Assembly: GCA_051546255.1 (NCBI GenBank)
Contig: CP128821.1
Location: forward strand, 310,001-374,000
Direction: 5' to 3'
Length of the DNA stretch: 64,000 nucleotides
Source: Meyerozyma guilliermondii
Taxonomy: Eukaryota
Shown here one piece after another: positions 20,543-30,229 of the stretch (position 1 is the first letter of the stretch; each line of letters starts with the position of its first letter). The notes beneath the pieces are model-generated. The model was given only the letters and a program-made list of their open reading frames with translations. It was not told the DNA's origin and ran no database searches. The position numbers and the translations under genes were made by a program.

Positions 20543-21266
20543 CTACATTATCGTGCACCCCTTCTTCTGCTGTGGCACATCATTAGCTCCCTTGGGCTTG
20601 GCGTTAAGTGCACATCGAGCAGCTTCCGAGAACGCTTCGTTGACTCCCCGGTTTTTCTTTGCGGAACATTCCAAATAACGCAACGCTCCAATCTTCTTTG
20701 CCACCGCCAATGCTTCGTCGTATGATATAAGACGCTTCTGTTGTTGATATGGGTTGGTGGTGGACGCCCGGTACGGATTATACCGATCATCATCTTCATT
20801 GTTCTCTGGGTCTGAATCTTCGTTGGTTCTCAAATCACATTTCAAAGCCACCAACACCAACTTGACACCCTCACAGTGGTCTGCAATCTCTCCCACCCAC
20901 TTGGATTGAACATTTTCCAACGAATCTGGTGAATCGATCGAAAAGCAAAGCATGATGCAATGAGTATCCGAGTATGAAAGCGACCTCAACCGATCAAACT
21001 CCTCCTGACCTGCAGTATCCCAGAGTGACAACTGGACAGACTGTCCGTCTATGAAGATATCATGCACATAGTTTTCGAAAACCGTTGGTTCATAAACTTG
21101 AGGAAAATAACCTCTTGTGAAAACATTCAATAGTGAGGTTTTACCACAAGCACCATCACCTAGAATGACAATTTTTCTTTGAACTGAGTTAGTTGAAGCT
21201 TGGAGATGTCGCTTCGATCCGAGGAGGTCACTTACTTGGCTTTTGATCGCCACCACAGAGAGGCAT
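20543..21266 (-). CDS. RHO3: Rho3 GTPase, 2 exons (21266-21236, 21183-20543)
   Basis: Spliced protein MPLCGGDQKPIQRKIVILGDGACGKTSLL, YEPTVFENY, WDTAGQEEFDRLRSLSY, CaaX CTIM. Confidence 0.95.
21184..21235 (-). other. 52-nt spliceosomal intron of RHO3
   Basis: GTAAGT donor, AACTAAC branch point, TCAG acceptor; splicing restores the Rho3-typical MPLCG N-terminus in frame. Confidence 0.9.
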
Positions 21267-21433
21267 GTTTATGTGCTGTAGTAGTGAATGTGCGAATGTT
21301 GAGGCTGAGGTGGGAGTGTGTAGAACAATGTAGGAGAGGTAAAGGAACAGAAGGAGGGGACTTTGAAAGGGAGTAGAAGAGAGAAGGGAGTAGAATAGAG
21401 TAAAGGAGAGTGTAAATGAATGAGAAGTGTATT

Positions 21434-22246
21434 TCATTTTTCAATCAAGTCGTCGAGGTACACACTAGGAATAGTAGTTTTGTTGGCCCGTCCTGGTGTA
21501 GCCCTGGGTTGCACCGATGCTTCAGACTGCTTGGAACTCAACGCCATATCACTGTTGTTGGTGTCGCTGTTAATGTAGAGACTGGGAACGATTTGAGAGT
21601 GCCTGTTGGTGGCTGGTGCAGGTAGTACGCTGTTGAAATTGGACGTAGAACCTCCCAAGGATGACAAGTTGGAGGTGGATTTGTTACGCTTATGGGCCAT
21701 GACTTCAGCAGTGGGAGAAATGAACATATTGGTGAGATCGTTTCTGGTGGCTCCGGCCTCCGACGCATACAACGTGGAATTGTCACCGACATCGAGTCCA
21801 CTAAACAGTGACTTGTTATGCTGGTGGTTCAAAAGCGGCAACTTGGCCACCGACAGACGATACTCAGTATTGAGTGTGCTCAATCCAGATGTGCCGGTGG
21901 GTGTCAATCCATACAATCCACTGTTGTGGCGCTTTTCCTCTATGTTCTGAGTCCCAGTCCACGATCTCTTGGCAAGTCTCGAAGCTCTCATTGATCTGAA
22001 AAGATGGTATATGATGAAAGCCAACAAGATGAACCCAACTATACATCCAACGGCAATGAAAACACTGCCACTAGGATTGTATTGACGTTGAATGTATGGG
22101 TTGTCATTGCTGGAAGGAACAACAATAGACGGTGTTGTGAAAGAATCAGAAGAGCTGAGTGTTGGCATATCATCACTGAGCGAGGGCATGTCATCTCGCC
22201 TCACAAACGTGGTGATTGTAGGTACCTCGTTGGTGGTTGTTGTCAT
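21434..22246 (-). CDS. Single-TM Csi2/Prm5-like membrane protein
   Basis: Thr/Ser-rich N-terminus, NPYI...PSGSVFIAVG TM segment, MFISPT, C-terminal PSVYLDDLI; first ATG at 22246. Confidence 0.7.
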   Translation of the reverse strand: MTTTTNEVPTITTFVRRDDMPSLSDDMPTLSSSDSFTTPSIVVPSSNDNPYIQRQYNPSGSVFIAVGCIVGFILLAFIIYHLFRSMRASRLAKRSWTGTQNIEEKRHNSGLYGLTPTGTSGLSTLNTEYRLSVAKLPLLNHQHNKSLFSGLDVGDNSTLYASEAGATRNDLTNMFISPTAEVMAHKRNKSTSNLSSLGGSTSNFNSVLPAPATNRHSQIVPSLYINSDTNNSDMALSSKQSEASVQPRATPGRANKTTIPSVYLDDLIEK

Positions 22247-22536
22247 TTTGTAAACAAGAATCAGATCCAAATAATTTATTGTTGTAAAGTCTTTTTGGCT
22301 CAAGATGAGTGTTGATTAATGTTTCTGGAATGGCAAGAATGCTATATCAAGAGACGCAACCGCAAAACTCCCGATTAAATGTGTCTAGTGAAACGGATCA
22401 AAAATTGTGTTTGCACTCTGCTCCGCCTGAATCAACTATTTTTACACCGCCATATGCAGGAAAAAAAAATCAGATTAGAGGTGAAAAAGTGAAAAATAGA
22501 ACCATCAAAGATGTCATTTAATTCTTGATCCCACCA

Positions 22537-23853
22537 TTACACTTGGCGGTGAAACTCGGCCATAAACCAGTTCCATATGTTCACACTTTCGCAATCAGAT
22601 GTAAGGCGAGGCTTGGCATCTGGGTACATTTGGTGGTAGGTTTCCGGGTCGAACGATTCATCGTAGCAGTAAATTTTGTAGGCATTATAGTAGTCGTGAT
22701 TGGTTTGCTTCTGCCAAGGCTTGGGAATCGGAGCATCAGAAAAGTGGATCATTTTCAATGAAAGAAGCGCATCGGTAGCATTCCAACCATCATTGGAAAA
22801 CTTGTCTACGAATGGCAATTCTTCTGGTCTAGCAACAAACCGACGATGGTACAATTCCTTGAATTCGCCTGTGAGCACGCCATAGACCTGGTGAGGCAAG
22901 ATTCCAATTCTCATGGCCCGGTTTTTGCGAAGAGTTTCATCGAGGTACCGGTTGATAATTTCCATATCATAATCCTCAGGTTGTCTTAAGCGTTGACGAC
23001 TAAAGATCAGCCACAACCAGGGATTGTGCACATACTTTTTCAAAGTCTTGAACAACTTGGAAGAAGGTGTGAATACGATGACATGACTAGCAAAGAAATT
23101 GGCTCTGTTTTCAAATTTATGACCAGGAAACAATAGCTTTGGAAGCATAGAAAACGAGTCTTCACCTTTCTTGGTAGCATACACTGCTTGACGAACAGAC
23201 CTTTCGTAGTCGTTTTGCGATGGTAATTGAGTGCCCCTTGGTGGTTTTACATCATCATTGGTTACCCAATAAGCCTGTGGAAGAGCAATATCAAAAGATT
23301 TTGGGATATTAAAAAGCTCATCAATGTGTTTAGGAACGTTTTTAAAGCCATTCTCCGCCTTTTCAGCACCCACAAACATCGAATCTGCGTCAAAATACAC
23401 AACTCTGTCATACTGAGTCTGCCCAAAAATATGAAATTTGGTGAATGAGTCTGCCCACTCAGGACTCTGGGTTCCACTGATCTCAATTGCGGGAACTACA
23501 ACCAATTTTATACCATTTTCCTTCGCCTGAGCCTGGAATTTTGAGTACCCCGGATCCTTGCGGACACTCAGTTTGACAATAATGACTCTATCAGCTATTC
23601 TTGAGCCTGAACGTTCTAACACAATAAAGTTGTTGATGGCTAGTTCAAGATATTGCTTATTAGTAGCATATTGCATGTAAGCAAACTTCCCATCTTGTTG
23701 TGGGTAAGCATTAATCACGTCTTGAGGAATTACGCGAATTGAGTTCCCCAAATCTTGCTTCTCGAAAAACACCTGCAAGAACACAAAGTAGATCACGACA
23801 AATGCCGCTGCCAGGAACTCCCAATTGCGTTTCAAATACTTCAAGGTCAGCAT
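22537..23853 (-). CDS. GNT1: Glucose N-acetyltransferase (GT8 glycosyltransferase)
   Basis: Type II TM anchor, FAYMQYATN, W..SFTKFHIF.QTQYDRVVYFDADS (DxD), ALPQAYW, YDMEI, IHFSDAPIPKPW; first ATG at 23853. Confidence 0.85.
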   Translation of the reverse strand: MLTLKYLKRNWEFLAAAFVVIYFVFLQVFFEKQDLGNSIRVIPQDVINAYPQQDGKFAYMQYATNKQYLELAINNFIVLERSGSRIADRVIIVKLSVRKDPGYSKFQAQAKENGIKLVVVPAIEISGTQSPEWADSFTKFHIFGQTQYDRVVYFDADSMFVGAEKAENGFKNVPKHIDELFNIPKSFDIALPQAYWVTNDDVKPPRGTQLPSQNDYERSVRQAVYATKKGEDSFSMLPKLLFPGHKFENRANFFASHVIVFTPSSKLFKTLKKYVHNPWLWLIFSRQRLRQPEDYDMEIINRYLDETLRKNRAMRIGILPHQVYGVLTGEFKELYHRRFVARPEELPFVDKFSNDGWNATDALLSLKMIHFSDAPIPKPWQKQTNHDYYNAYKIYCYDESFDPETYHQMYPDAKPRLTSDCESVNIWNWFMAEFHRQV

Positions 23854-23886
23854 GAAAAAAATGTGATAATGGAAACTAAAAAAGAA

Positions 23887-23957
23887 TGCGCAAACCCGGA
23901 ATCGAACCGGGGGCCCATCGATGGCAACGATGGATTTTACCACTAAACCATTTGCGC
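23887..23957 (-). tRNA. tRNA-Gly(GCC)
   Basis: GCGCAAATGGTTTAGTGGTAAAATCCATCGTT-GCC-ATCGATGGGCCCCCGGTTCGATTCCGGGTTTGCGCA followed by a T6 terminator. Confidence 0.96.
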
Positions 23958-23970
23958 AGGAAATGAAATG

Positions 23971-24042
23971 CTCCGAGACGGGGAATTGAACCCCGGTCTA
24001 CCACGCGACAAGCGGTAATTCTAGCCACTAAACTATCTCGGA
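23971..24042 (-). tRNA. tRNA-Asp(GTC)
   Basis: TCCGAGATAGTTTAGTGGCTAGAATTACCGCTT-GTC-GCGTGGTAGACCGGGGTTCAATTCCCCGTCTCGGAG. Confidence 0.95.
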
Positions 24043-24132
24043 TGTTTCTTATTTGGAAGCTGCCCCTCGACGCCTATAACGTGCCCGTGCCGTTTAGGGT
24101 TCAGGATCGCGACTCAACGTTACTCCATCTCA

Positions 24133-27100
24133 ATGACTACTGCCACCAATGGCGATTTTGTCTATCTTGGCGACGAAACAATCGGTGATTTCGCCCAAGA
24201 GGGGTCCCAGAAGCTCGTCAGTGAATTGGAAAATGATGACTCCAATGTTTCTTCCTTAATTTTCACCGAGCTCATTTTAAGTTACGATGACAATCGACTA
24301 CAGATTGACGATGTAACATCCTTTCTTGAAAAGGTTTTGGCAAACGATTCACGGGCGGTGGAATTTTGTCAAATACTCGATGTATTTGTGTTATCTGAAC
24401 AGATCAAGCAATTGTTGGCATCTCTCTTCAAGAAGAATATTGTGAAAACGTCAGTTCTTGCACGCAATATCAAACCAGAATCTTTACTGGCAGTCGGAAT
24501 AGTACCTGAAAACTTTAACAAAATCTTGAATACTAGAAGAAGAGACCACTTCTACACTCAGAAAAAGTATAATCTTCTTCATGAAGAATCCGAAGGTTAC
24601 TCCAAATTGATTGTAGAAGTATACCACATATTAAGGGATGACCATACTCGATATGAGCTGGAATACGCATTTAAAGTCATTGAAAATCTAGTGGGGCATT
24701 ATAATCTTGATCCAAATCGTGTGCTCGATGTGTTAATTGATGTTTTCAGCAACAACTTTGTGAGCAACCATCGCTTTATTATAGACTTTCTCAAACGGTC
24801 TCAATGGTGGCCTCGTACAGAAAGCAATAGCACCACCTCAATGCAGAAATTATCAGTCGGTGGCAGTGATACTGCTTCGAAACTCATTGGTTTGAGATTA
24901 CTAAAGTGTCCTAAAGACCGTGAACTTCCCGAAACTTTTAAGATTCTTATAGGATGCCTCATCAAGGAAGGTTTTATAAGCTTCGGTTCAATCTTCCCCT
25001 ACTTTAATACCGATGAAATGGAGTCTCTCGAGTCGCTTTACAAAAAAGATGTCGAAGATAGGGTCCTGAAAGCTAGCGCCAATGCTCTCTCTTTGGCAGC
25101 TCCTCTAGTTGACGAGGACGAAGAAAGTGGCACAGATGGGAAATCAAAACCCACAGAAAAATCTGAAGAGACTACACTCCAATCTTCCTTGCTGTCGAAT
25201 CTCGTATATCAGTTTCTTCGAGTGTTCCTAGCAGTGGGGCTCTATTATCCCTCACTCTATATCCTAACCAAGTACCCATTTCTTGCATATGTGGACGATG
25301 AAATCCCAGAGCTCATCAATAGGCTCTTTCTTGAAATGCTCACACCTCTCCATGCGAGCTTCAAATCCATTTCAGACACAGACTTGAACCAGCTTCAGAC
25401 ACCACGGCAATCGGCATCTACCGTATCTACTCAAGTCGATCTCTATAGTTTTCGGCCCACAGCTATGAATCATGGAAGCAAAAAGTTTACTTATTTCTAC
25501 AGTGAGTGGAAAAATTACTTGCCAACAATACTGACAGTGGAAGAGCTTTTTGAGTTGTCGTATGAATTCTTGAAATTTAATGGTGCCAATTTGAGTAAGA
25601 ACACCGACTTATTCTCTCAAATTTGTGACATTGCTGTGGCTGATTATAAGCTGTCCGATGAAAATCATTTGAAATGGTTCAAGTATTTCAGAAACTTTAT
25701 TTACCCTGCAATGTCGATTGTCGAAGAAAATCCATTTTTGATTGAAAAAGGGTTTGCAGTCATGCAATGCTTTTCATTGGAAGATCGCTACAACTTGTAT
25801 GGAGAACTCCATCAAGTTCTTTCGAAGAGCAATCCCCTCATCCAAATAGCATACGGCAAAGCAGAAAAATCGACCAAGGACATTTTGAAGCGGTTATCAA
25901 AAGAAAATGTGAGACCGATGATGCGGCGACTTGCCAAGATAAGCTTTGCCAATCCACTTCCATGTTTACTTACAATCTTGCAACAAATCGAAAGTTATGA
26001 CAATCTTATTTCGTTGGTGGTTGATACTGCAAAATACTTCAATCAATACGGATGGGAAGCTTTAACTTTGGCTATTTTGATGAGACTCTCAGCATCTGGC
26101 AGATCAAGTATCCAACAAGATGGTCTCAATGAACGCCAGTGGATCCAATCTTTAGCTCAATTCGTTGGTAAAATCTGTCAAAGATATCCAACCCTGATAG
26201 ATTTGAAAACACTTGTTTCCTTCATTCTTAAATCTTTGCATCAAAAAGATATGATTGCAGTAATAGTCCTAAAGGAAATGCTCATGTCAATGGGAGGAAT
26301 CCAATCCATTAACAACCTCACTCTTTCTCAAATCGACATGATGAATTGCGAGCCTAGTTTGCAAAAACTTGCCTTTAGAACCGTCAATGATACTAGGTAC
26401 GAATGCTTATCGTCGGGTCACCAGCTCATCAAAGTCATTCACGACTTGGGCGCGGAAAATGAACTCTTCATTCAACTCTGTCAGCTCAGTCAGGATGTGA
26501 CACACAATACCAACCAAACGCACTTGAAAATCTTGGCGAATAAGAACGATGAAATGAATTCGGTTATTCAGCTATACATCCAATTCTATAACTTCTTTGG
26601 AAGCAAAGAAACCTTATCAAGAGATTTGATTTCTATCAAGGAGTTTTGTGACGTTTATCACATCGAACCTAGGTGGGTTTATAGACTATGGTCCAATATT
26701 GAAGCTCCCAATGGTGATGTTCCTCAAGTCCCTCAAGCCATAAGTTTTCAGTTGTACGATACATTCTGGAGACTCAGTCTTCATGACATTAATTTCTCGC
26801 TTGATCTTTATGACGACGAAGTTGCCAAACTCGAGGGGACGATTCCGAGCCTCAAAGAGAGTGTCTCATCTACAAAGAGAGATAAAGATGTCCTACCTTC
26901 AACCATTGAAAAGTATAGGAAAACCCTAGACCAGAACTTAAAATTCATCAAGGATATTCCCTCCGATTTAAAGACTCATTCTTTGCACAATAAAGAGACC
27001 AATATAATGTTGACGAACCAAAAAGACAAATATTTTGAGCTGGCTTCAGTCGAAGAGCTCCGCTCATTTTTACAATACTGTGTGCTTCCACGAGCCATAA

Positions 27101-28515
27101 CCTCGTCTTTCGATGCATCATTTGCAGCCAAATTCTTGTTCAAATTGCACGATCTTGAAGTTCCAAACTACTCTGTTTTGCTGCTTTTAGATGAGCTTTT
27201 TGGAAACCAAATATTGTTCGGGACTTTGTTCACTTTGAGTCCACTAGAAGCAGAAAATCTAGGTATCTTTTATTCTGAAGTACTCAAAGTGTTACATGAA
27301 TGGACTGACAAGGTTCTGTTCAAACAGAATTGTTCGACATTGTCAAATGATGGAGAACAGATAACTTACGACGAGTTTCGGACGATGCTATTTGCGTATC
27401 ATGAAAAGTTGCTCTCTGATGTTGGTAATTCGCTCACCGTTAAGGAGTACATGTCACGGCGAAATGCAATCACATTTTTGAAGAACTTGCTTGGTGTCTA
27501 TCCCAATGTCGAAGATCATTGTGAAACTATGCTTGGTTTCATTCAGAATATATCAGATCGGGAAGAGCGCCAGGATTTGAAGCTCTCTTCGTACGCTTTA
27601 ATTGGCCATCTTCGTTCCAGATCTAAGGACTGGGTACATATTTGGGATTTTATTCCTATGAGCGATGAGGAAAAAGAGAGGCTTATGAAGGAGTACAACG
27701 ACAAGAAAGAGCAGCAGAAGCAAGAAAAGCTCAGACTTGCAGAAAAAGCAAAGCAGGAAAAGCTCAGACTTGCTGAACAAGAAAAGCAAGAGCAGCTCAA
27801 GCTCAAGATCGAAAAGGAGAACAAAGAACGTGAGAAGAACCTTCAAAGCGCTGCTTTAAGCTATGATGATTCTTCCAGACCCTCTTCAAGAACAGATATT
27901 CGAAAGCTGGAACCCAAACGGTACGACTACTACAACAAGTATGAGGGTTCTACCACCGATTCTACAAATGCCGAGAAAGTACAGAAGGCATCAAATGAAG
28001 AAGATGACCAAATGGAAATTGAAAGAGAATCTGAAACCAATGACAAGTCAGCGAAGGAAGCAAAGGAAGCCGAAGAAAGCAACAAAGAAACAAAAGATGA
28101 ACCAAGGAAGGAAGAAAAGCCCGATATTAAGCAGAGAATTGAGCAAGCTAAAAGAAAGCTTAGAGACTCTCCAACTCCACAATCGTCCAAAACAGCTACA
28201 CCAGAACCAGATTTGTTCCCTCTGGCCCCAAGTGCTAAAAATGACGATACTCGAAGAGATCCTCCTATTCGAAGACCTCGAGCTCCACTTCCTCCACAAG
28301 AGGTGGTTGCAAGCAGGCCACAAGACCGCAATAGAAGGTTTAACGACCGGTCAAGATATACTCCACCATCGAGAGGATCTAGTGAACAAGTACCCCCACC
28401 TCCACCTCCACCTCCTCCACCACCATCACGGAACCAGTCAGGTAGATGGGAGAATAACAAGAGAAGGAGAGATACATACGAGGGCCGTGGCTACGAAAAG
28501 AGACAAAAGAGGTGA
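24133..28515 (+). CDS. THO2: THO complex subunit 2
   Basis: YTQKKYNLLHEESEGYSKL, GHYNLDPNRVLD, LKRLSKENVRPMMRRLAK, QIESYDNLI, FLQYCVLPRA; charged/Pro-rich tail. Confidence 0.95.
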   Translation: MTTATNGDFVYLGDETIGDFAQEGSQKLVSELENDDSNVSSLIFTELILSYDDNRLQIDDVTSFLEKVLANDSRAVEFCQILDVFVLSEQIKQLLASLFKKNIVKTSVLARNIKPESLLAVGIVPENFNKILNTRRRDHFYTQKKYNLLHEESEGYSKLIVEVYHILRDDHTRYELEYAFKVIENLVGHYNLDPNRVLDVLIDVFSNNFVSNHRFIIDFLKRSQWWPRTESNSTTSMQKLSVGGSDTASKLIGLRLLKCPKDRELPETFKILIGCLIKEGFISFGSIFPYFNTDEMESLESLYKKDVEDRVLKASANALSLAAPLVDEDEESGTDGKSKPTEKSEETTLQSSLLSNLVYQFLRVFLAVGLYYPSLYILTKYPFLAYVDDEIPELINRLFLEMLTPLHASFKSISDTDLNQLQTPRQSASTVSTQVDLYSFRPTAMNHGSKKFTYFYSEWKNYLPTILTVEELFELSYEFLKFNGANLSKNTDLFSQICDIAVADYKLSDENHLKWFKYFRNFIYPAMSIVEENPFLIEKGFAVMQCFSLEDRYNLYGELHQVLSKSNPLIQIAYGKAEKSTKDILKRLSKENVRPMMRRLAKISFANPLPCLLTILQQIESYDNLISLVVDTAKYFNQYGWEALTLAILMRLSASGRSSIQQDGLNERQWIQSLAQFVGKICQRYPTLIDLKTLVSFILKSLHQKDMIAVIVLKEMLMSMGGIQSINNLTLSQIDMMNCEPSLQKLAFRTVNDTRYECLSSGHQLIKVIHDLGAENELFIQLCQLSQDVTHNTNQTHLKILANKNDEMNSVIQLYIQFYNFFGSKETLSRDLISIKEFCDVYHIEPRWVYRLWSNIEAPNGDVPQVPQAISFQLYDTFWRLSLHDINFSLDLYDDEVAKLEGTIPSLKESVSSTKRDKDVLPSTIEKYRKTLDQNLKFIKDIPSDLKTHSLHNKETNIMLTNQKDKYFELASVEELRSFLQYCVLPRAITSSFDASFAAKFLFKLHDLEVPNYSVLLLLDELFGNQILFGTLFTLSPLEAENLGIFYSEVLKVLHEWTDKVLFKQNCSTLSNDGEQITYDEFRTMLFAYHEKLLSDVGNSLTVKEYMSRRNAITFLKNLLGVYPNVEDHCETMLGFIQNISDREERQDLKLSSYALIGHLRSRSKDWVHIWDFIPMSDEEKERLMKEYNDKKEQQKQEKLRLAEKAKQEKLRLAEQEKQEQLKLKIEKENKEREKNLQSAALSYDDSSRPSSRTDIRKLEPKRYDYYNKYEGSTTDSTNAEKVQKASNEEDDQMEIERESETNDKSAKEAKEAEESNKETKDEPRKEEKPDIKQRIEQAKRKLRDSPTPQSSKTATPEPDLFPLAPSAKNDDTRRDPPIRRPRAPLPPQEVVASRPQDRNRRFNDRSRYTPPSRGSSEQVPPPPPPPPPPPSRNQSGRWENNKRRRDTYEGRGYEKRQKR

Positions 28516-28603
28516 AAAAAGAAAGGAAGAGATACCATTTAGATCAAATACTCAATGATATTTCGGTATTTTTCAGAATAGATTTATAGTGTCATTTACA
28601 TCG

Positions 28604-29821
28604 TTATTTGCCCGTAAGCAGCGCCATTTCCAGGTCAATCAAATCGTCCAATTCTTGATCGTCAAAGTCGGAATTAGAACCATGTACCAAACTTTCGTCA
28701 TCTTGTATAACTTTCTCGGTGAGAGCTTCACTGGTGGCCTGTTCACTTTCCAACGAAGCCAAAAACGACTCGATTTGTGCCAACCGAACTTCGTGCCATT
28801 TGAGATGTCTTCGTAAATCATGCTCGCGGCGAAACCTTCTAGTGCACTTTTTCTTGGGACAGAGGAGTGTCTTCATATCAACGTTATTGATCAAAAGATC
28901 TGTAATTGAGGTTCCTGATTCAATTTCTGAATTGAACGAGTTGATTGATTTGGTACCGTCTACCTGGTTGGTGGTTTGGTCGAGTGAGCGAAGGTTCTCT
29001 AAACCACAAGCTTCAGAGTCATTAAGCAAGCTTTCCAATTTTTCTTTTTCTTCCGCTTTCATTAGCTCTTCAGGAATATTGCCATCATGAAAATCTTTGT
29101 AATGCTCCAAAAGTTCAGCCTTCTTGGTAAACAGCCCAACCACACAGTAGTCACAATTCCAGAGCTTGACAGCAGTAGAACTATCATGGCATCCTGCCAT
29201 ATGGGCCCGTAAACCTTTCTTACCAACACATCCTTTACCACACACGGAACACTTGAGTTTGGGATGCTCGGTCTTGATATGAAGCTGGAGAGCAGACCAT
29301 GTTTTGAAATTGTGGAAGCATCCTTGATGGTCACATTGATAGACTGGAGAATCACCATGAAACTTTATCTTGTGCTGGGCCAATTTATAAGGCCTGGTAA
29401 ATTCCTTCCCACACGTACTACATGTGAGCGACTTATCGTGCACCGAGAGGAAATGATGTCGTAAAGATTGGTGCTTATAAAACGATTCTTCACATCCTGG
29501 TGCGGTACATTTGAATGACTTGGTATGAATTATTTCATGTCTTTTGAGATGTTGTAAAGAATTGACACCTTTGCCACACACAGAACAATGATGAGGTTTT
29601 GTACTTTTGTGGGAAACCAAATGTGCCAGTAAATGAGACTTTCTTAAAAAACTTTTGGAACATCCTTCTTCCGGACATGGAAACGGTCGTTCTCCTGTAT
29701 GTGACCTTTTGTGCTGTTCTAGCAACGAAGGCTTCGAATACGACTTGCCACATCCCTCTGCATCACACACATACTTTTTGGTGGATGTCGAGGATCCAGC
29801 AGATGAAGTGGATGAAGCCAT
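28604..29821 (-). CDS. PZF1: Transcription factor IIIA (nine C2H2 zinc fingers)
   Basis: Eight clustered C2H2 fingers, a long spacer, then a ninth finger (CPKKKC...HLKWH), as in yeast TFIIIA; first ATG at 29821. Confidence 0.88.
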   Translation of the reverse strand: MASSTSSAGSSTSTKKYVCDAEGCGKSYSKPSLLEQHKRSHTGERPFPCPEEGCSKSFLRKSHLLAHLVSHKSTKPHHCSVCGKGVNSLQHLKRHEIIHTKSFKCTAPGCEESFYKHQSLRHHFLSVHDKSLTCSTCGKEFTRPYKLAQHKIKFHGDSPVYQCDHQGCFHNFKTWSALQLHIKTEHPKLKCSVCGKGCVGKKGLRAHMAGCHDSSTAVKLWNCDYCVVGLFTKKAELLEHYKDFHDGNIPEELMKAEEKEKLESLLNDSEACGLENLRSLDQTTNQVDGTKSINSFNSEIESGTSITDLLINNVDMKTLLCPKKKCTRRFRREHDLRRHLKWHEVRLAQIESFLASLESEQATSEALTEKVIQDDESLVHGSNSDFDDQELDDLIDLEMALLTGK

Positions 29822-29909
29822 AATCAACCATTGATAGAAACTGCAAATTCGCGATGCGATGGCTCGCCCAGCTATAAAAGGCCCCACCGGCAAAACCAAT
29901 CAAGCTTCG

Positions 29910-30005
29910 TTCCTCATGGCCCAATGGTCAAGGCGTCTGGCTACGATTACGTAACCACTTCCGGTTGGAACCAGAAGATTCCAGGTTCGACTCCTGGTGG
30001 GGAAG
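29910..30005 (+). tRNA. tRNA-Arg(ACG) with a 23-nt intron (29947-29969)
   Basis: TTCCTCATGGCCCAATGGTCAAGGCGTCTGGCT-ACG-A[intron]ACCAGAAGATTCCAGGTTCGACTCCTGGTGGGGAAG; intron at the canonical 37/38 position; T6 terminator. Confidence 0.92.
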
Positions 30006-30229
30006 CTTATTTTTTGTCATTTTTAGCCACCGTAGAGCTGATAAACGAATGAAACTCTATTGTGATCTGATAGAGCAGTGCAGAGTCACATTTCTTCCCG
30101 TCCATATGCGGTGATTTTTTGCCCGTTTTTGGTACTTCTCAACCTGCTCGGCGCGGACTTCATTGCTGTTTCGGCTGCACACGCAGGGTACAAACAACTC
30201 CGATTGTCCCCTCCTCTTAAACTCTATTC

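Noticed and set aside
23854..23943. N-terminal extension of the GNT1 ORF
   Set aside because: Non-ATG start reading through tRNA-Gly; not protein
27720..28560. Alternative-frame and antisense ORFs and the EKLRLAE repeat in the THO2 tail
   Set aside because: Shadow ORFs of low-complexity coding sequence
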